From a virus (taxonomy: Duplodnaviria > Caudoviricetes): 39,537 nt of DNA. Shown here one piece after another: positions 35,847-39,537 of the stretch. The notes beneath the pieces were generated by a model, which searched no databases, was not told the DNA's origin, and saw nothing but the letters and a program-made list of their open reading frames with translations. The stretch is taken from IMG/VR virus record IMGVR_UViG_3300020469_000101, positions 1-39,537 of that record; one strand, given 5' to 3'. Both the position numbers and the translations under genes were made by a program. Numbering within the stretch: position 1 is the first letter of the stretch; each line of letters starts with the position of its first letter.

Positions 35847-37245
35847 AGAATATGGTTATGATGTACAAAAGGTATATCTGCAAATGATGTTGAGCGATGC
35901 ACAATCGTTTGTGCGTTGTCAGACTATCTTTGACCATAGTTTATTTGATCGTAAACTGCAAGACGCGGCAGAGTTTATGAATGCGTATGTTACAGAACAC
36001 AATGCATTGCCTACAGAAGAAATGGTTAATGCAACCTGTCAAACTGATCTTAAGGTTCCTGAAGGACTTAGAGAAGAACACTATGATTGGTTACTGCAAG
36101 AGTTTGAAACGTTTACAAGACACAAAGGACTTGAGAGAGCAATACTTGAAAGTGCTGAACTACTTGAAAAAGGTGAGTATGGTCCTGTAGAAGACAAGGT
36201 CAAGAACGCAATACAGGTAGGACTACAAAAGGACTTAGGTATTAATTACTTTGAAGATCCTAAAGGTAGACTTATGGGATTGAAAGACAACAATGGACAA
36301 GTAAGCACAGGCTGGACAACACTTGATAGAAAACTATTCGGTGGCTTTAACAAAGGTGAACTGAATATCTTTGCAGGTGGATCGGGTGCAGGTAAGAGTT
36401 TGTTCTTGGCAAACTTAGGTGTGAACTGGGCATTGAACGGCATGAACGTTTGTTATCTAACTTTTGAGTTGAGTGAGGCATTGGTAGCAATGCGTGTTGA
36501 CAGTATGTTTACAGACATTCCAACAAAAGAAATATTTAAGGATCTTGATGGAGTTGAAATGAAAGTCAAGATGATTGGCAAGAAGGCTGGAGCATTCCAA
36601 GTCAAGTATATGCCAAGTGGTAAGAATGCAAACGATATTAGAAGTTATTTGAAAGAGTATGAAATTAAAACAGGACGTAAGATTGATGTACTGTTAGTTG
36701 ACTACTTAGACTTGATGATGCCTATGAGTAGAAAAGTATCGCCAAGTGATTTGTTTATTAAAGATAAGTTTGTGAGTGAGGAACTGCGTAACCTTGCAAT
36801 GGAATTAGGTTGTGTGTTTGTAACTGCGGCACAGTTGAACAGAGGTGCAGTAGAAGAAATAGAATTTGATCACTCGCACATCAGTGGTGGCTTGAGTAAG
36901 ATTCAAACTGCTGATAACGTGATAGGTATCTTTACAAGTAGAGCAATGCGTGAACGTGGTAGATATCAAATACAGTTAATGAAGACAAGGTCAAGTAGTG
37001 GAGTAGGTGCTAAGATTGATCTTGAGTTTGACATAGACAGTTTGCGTATTAGAGATTGTGATGAAGATGAAGACACAAACAACTATGCAAGTAGCACAGG
37101 CAGTTCAGTACTAAAAGGTTTACAAAGAACAACTGACACATCGGAACCACCAGAGCCAGATGCAGGTGAAGCAGTTAAGAAAGTAAGAGCAGATACAGAT
37201 AGTACTAAACTAAGACAGTTCATTGGAAACCTTGGCAGTGAGTAG
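35839..37245 (+). CDS. Replicative DNA helicase (T4 gp41/DnaB-like)
   Basis: STGW..LD, GGSGAGKS, TFELSE, VDYLDLM, AAQLNR, TAD, KTRS. Confidence 0.93.
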   Translation: MNKEYGYDVQKVYLQMMLSDAQSFVRCQTIFDHSLFDRKLQDAAEFMNAYVTEHNALPTEEMVNATCQTDLKVPEGLREEHYDWLLQEFETFTRHKGLERAILESAELLEKGEYGPVEDKVKNAIQVGLQKDLGINYFEDPKGRLMGLKDNNGQVSTGWTTLDRKLFGGFNKGELNIFAGGSGAGKSLFLANLGVNWALNGMNVCYLTFELSEALVAMRVDSMFTDIPTKEIFKDLDGVEMKVKMIGKKAGAFQVKYMPSGKNANDIRSYLKEYEIKTGRKIDVLLVDYLDLMMPMSRKVSPSDLFIKDKFVSEELRNLAMELGCVFVTAAQLNRGAVEEIEFDHSHISGGLSKIQTADNVIGIFTSRAMRERGRYQIQLMKTRSSSGVGAKIDLEFDIDSLRIRDCDEDEDTNNYASSTGSSVLKGLQRTTDTSEPPEPDAGEAVKKVRADTDSTKLRQFIGNLGSE

Positions 37246-37783
37246 TGTTACAGTAATAGATGATGTCTTTCCTCAGTGGCTACTAACAACTATACAACAG
37301 AGTATATCAAACTGTAAGCAATGGGAATATGGTAGAGTAAAAAGTGCATACGGTGATGAGTATGAGAACTATTACAACTGTGTACTTTGGCACAAGAACT
37401 ATCCTGAGATGGAAGACCCCTTAAAAGGATTAAGCAATACCATAGCAAGTTGCTTTGCACTTGAACTATTACCCAACGGTCCTAAACAACTTGAAGTACT
37501 GAGAATGAATGGTACTACACCCGCAAGTGAACAATACCCACATCGTGATTGCGATATGATCGCAGATGACACAGAACGATTGAAGAGTATTGTATGGTGG
37601 CCTTTTGGCAGTAGCGGAGATCTTCGCTTCTGGGAACATCAAGTTGACATAGTCAATCCTTCACAGGTTGTGGAGTACAAACCCAATCGTGCTGTGATGT
37701 TTGATTCAAGCATTCCGCATGCCGGTAATCCACCACAAGATTGGCCCATGCGTGTTAGTATTAACAGTGTTTGGAAATTATAA
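37238..37783 (+). CDS. 2OG-Fe(II) oxygenase
   Basis: VIDDVFP, PHRD, KPNRAVMFDSSIPHAG, RVSIN; GTG start overlapping the helicase stop. Confidence 0.8.
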   Translation: MSSVTVIDDVFPQWLLTTIQQSISNCKQWEYGRVKSAYGDEYENYYNCVLWHKNYPEMEDPLKGLSNTIASCFALELLPNGPKQLEVLRMNGTTPASEQYPHRDCDMIADDTERLKSIVWWPFGSSGDLRFWEHQVDIVNPSQVVEYKPNRAVMFDSSIPHAGNPPQDWPMRVSINSVWKL

Positions 37784-37974
37784 AAACAGTCTTTATTAAT
37801 TATCGTGGCTAAAAATTGCCATGTATTTAAGACGTCTTAAGACTATGAAAATCACCCCTATATGGCTCTTAAATGTCGACTTAGTACAATTCGCTGTACA
37901 TTGTAGCTCTTTAGTCTTTTTACACGAGCAACAGCGTTTTAACCAGGTTTAACACACCTATTATAGTAGCAGTT

Positions 37975-37980
37975 TAAATA
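37975..37980 (+). promoter_or_regulatory. T4-late-like box TAAATA
   Basis: TTTAAATA-CACAT-ATG(37986): 5 nt spacer, no SD. Confidence 0.65.
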
Positions 37981-37985
37981 CACAT

Positions 37986-38567
37986 ATGCAAGACTTTATT
38001 AAAACATGGGACAACGAACTTGATACAGAATACTGTCAAACTGTGATTGATTATTACAATCAACAACAAGGTACACGTATACTGAATCGCCAAACTGCAA
38101 ATGAGTCAGCACCAAAAATGAACAAAGACGGTGCCATGCTCTATGACGAAGGGGAGACTGGTACGTTTGCCCTCAGCATGAATAAACTACTACAACCCTA
38201 CTATGATTGCATACACAGATGTGTAGATGATTATGTCAGTGAGTTTGGTATATTTGAAAACGTTAATCCCATACAGTTGAGTCACAGCATTAAAATACAG
38301 CATACTCGTCCCAGTGAAGGATATCACGTATGGCACTGTGAACATGCAAGTAGAGACACAGGACAGCGTGCCATACTTGCAATGGTTTACTTAAACACCG
38401 TTGAACAAGGAGGTGAAACTGAATTCTTATATCAGAGCCGTAGGATTGATGCCCGAGCTGGGCGAGTTATGTTTTGCCCCGCAGGTTATACGCACACCCA
38501 CAGAGGTAATCCCCCACTGAGTGGAGACAAGTACTGCGTAACTACTTGGCTTGAGTTTACACACTAA
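37986..38567 (+). CDS. 2OG-Fe(II) oxygenase (phage prolyl-4-hydroxylase-like)
   Basis: GYHVWHCE, YLNTVEQGGETEF, THTHRGNPP, KY..TTW. Confidence 0.88.
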   Translation: MQDFIKTWDNELDTEYCQTVIDYYNQQQGTRILNRQTANESAPKMNKDGAMLYDEGETGTFALSMNKLLQPYYDCIHRCVDDYVSEFGIFENVNPIQLSHSIKIQHTRPSEGYHVWHCEHASRDTGQRAILAMVYLNTVEQGGETEFLYQSRRIDARAGRVMFCPAGYTHTHRGNPPLSGDKYCVTTWLEFTH

Positions 38568-38758
38568 CCGATAGAACGCCAAGGCGTAGGTCTGTCTTTG
38601 CCCTGTTCCCAAACAAGTTCCCCTGTTTCAATCACAGTGCCAGTCATAAACCCTCCACCTCCGTTACTTGGTACGTAACGACAAGGCTTAACGAGTTTGC
38701 CCTTGTAGGTCTTAGGTATATGAATACTTGAGATCCCACGTTGTTTTATTCCTGCCAT
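38564..38758 (-). CDS. Small basic hypothetical protein
   Basis: 64 aa, AAGGGG SD, TAAATA box at 38779-84 (minus); 4-nt convergent overlap. Confidence 0.7.
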   Translation of the reverse strand: MAGIKQRGISSIHIPKTYKGKLVKPCRYVPSNGGGGFMTGTVIETGELVWEQGKDRPTPWRSIG

Positions 38759-38951
38759 AAATCCCCTTTTTTAAGAAGTATTTATGATCTTGTGTACGCA
38801 GTTGAGCTTCTTACCTGTTGACCTCACATGTTTTAAAAGGGTCTTTGTTACTTCACTAAGACGTGCTCTCGAACACTGTTTACAGTTGTATTTAAAAGGC
38901 CATGTGGGATTAGTGTATTAAAAGGCTTCTTTTTGGTGTATTTGATCTAAA

Positions 38952-39176
38952 CTATTTGCAGGTCTCTGGAGCAAACACACAACCCAGTGTGCGTCCTATT
39001 GCTTCCCAGTCTGTGGGTCCACTTGTGTCTGGTTCTTGCTGTGTAGGAACACTTGTAGCATCGTTGTTGTTGATGGCTTCATCAATGGTCACCATAGGTG
39101 GTTGCGAACAACCTTGTACTGCAAGTACCACAAGTACCATAGCAAGTAATAACCATATTTGAACATCTTGTTTCAT
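38952..39176 (-). CDS. Putative lipoprotein
   Basis: MKQD + hydrophobic stretch + VQG-C lipobox-like site; C-terminal Cys pair (GCVFAPETCK). Confidence 0.6.
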   Translation of the reverse strand: MKQDVQIWLLLAMVLVVLAVQGCSQPPMVTIDEAINNNDATSVPTQQEPDTSGPTDWEAIGRTLGCVFAPETCK

Positions 39177-39191
39177 CGTACTGTAGTTATC

Positions 39192-39281
39192 CCGCGAAGC
39201 GGTAAAGCGCCAGATTATAGCCGCAGAGCGGTACGCGGTTTTTTAAGAACGTGCGAAGCACAGCGGTAGCAAAGATCGGTA
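39192..39281. repeat. Cluster of GC-rich triloop mini-hairpins and CGGTA repeats
   Basis: CCGC-GAA-GCGG (39192-202), CCGC-AGA-GCGG (39221-31), GTGC-GAA-GCAC (39251-61); CGGTA four times. Confidence 0.75.
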
Positions 39282-39313
39282 AGCACATTTTGACCTCTTG
39301 GCTGAGTATTGTA

Positions 39314-39520
39314 TTAACTGTAGTTACTGTATCTCGCACTGTATGACCCGTCTGTAGTTCCACGCAGACAACAAGTGTATAGAGGTGAGTTCAACACAAG
39401 CAAACTGAACACTGCGTCTCGTTCGCTCTCAAACACAAGTGTACAGTGATCAAGTTGCGTAGTGTATATCTTATGCTCGAGCAGTAGTTGTGTACCTGCA
39501 CAGTGCGTATGACTGTCCAT
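39314..39520 (-). CDS. Hypothetical protein (uncertain)
   Basis: 68 aa ORF co-oriented with its neighbours; no motif. Confidence 0.4.
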   Translation of the reverse strand: MDSHTHCAGTQLLLEHKIYTTQLDHCTLVFESERDAVFSLLVLNSPLYTCCLRGTTDGSYSARYSNYS

Positions 39521-39537
39521 AATGATAAAGTCCAGTT

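Noticed and set aside
618-39162. Numerous 60-180 aa alternative-frame and antisense ORFs in the track (e.g. 3410-3772, 12374-12664, 35369-35902, 38956-39162)
   Set aside because: They lie within motif-supported genes, lack start signals and have shadow-ORF composition.
37784-39313. tRNA genes in the right-end intergenic gaps
   Set aside because: No cloverleaf with acceptor stem and T-loop could be built; the single GTTCGA (minus strand near 38870) lacks the rest of the structure.
1-39537. Stop-codon reassignment, introns or inteins in terL, uvsX, uvsW, primase or helicase
   Set aside because: Core genes have normal lengths under the standard code; TAA, TAG and TGA all terminate genes with tight coupling.

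Overview
AT-rich, gene-dense fragment of a large T4-like (myovirus/jumbo-type) dsDNA phage, probably aquatic; the host cannot be determined from this window. Core genes recognisable from motifs are the large terminase, gp32-like SSB, UvsX/RecA, UvsY, a PAAR spike tip, UvsW helicase, a probable gp62-like clamp-loader subunit, primase, a gp41/DnaB-like helicase and a very small stand-alone Pol III alpha (DnaE) catalytic fragment. A ~16 kb island between uvsY and the uvsW operon (6902-23028) encodes about eight glycosyltransferase-like proteins, methyltransferases, 2OG-Fe(II) oxygenases, a PLP enzyme, an amidinotransferase, two radical SAM enzymes and a nucleotidyltransferase-cupin fusion. Two promoter classes are readable: sigma70-type TTGAC(T/A)-N17-TAT(A/T)AT before replication genes, and a T4-late-like TAAATA box that usually lies exactly 5 nt before an ATG, implying leaderless mRNAs. 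The right end carries GCGAAGC-type mini-hairpins and repeat-rich non-coding DNA. I saw no rRNA, tRNA, CRISPR array, integrase, transposase, intron or intein. All functional calls come from motifs read by eye; no database search was run.
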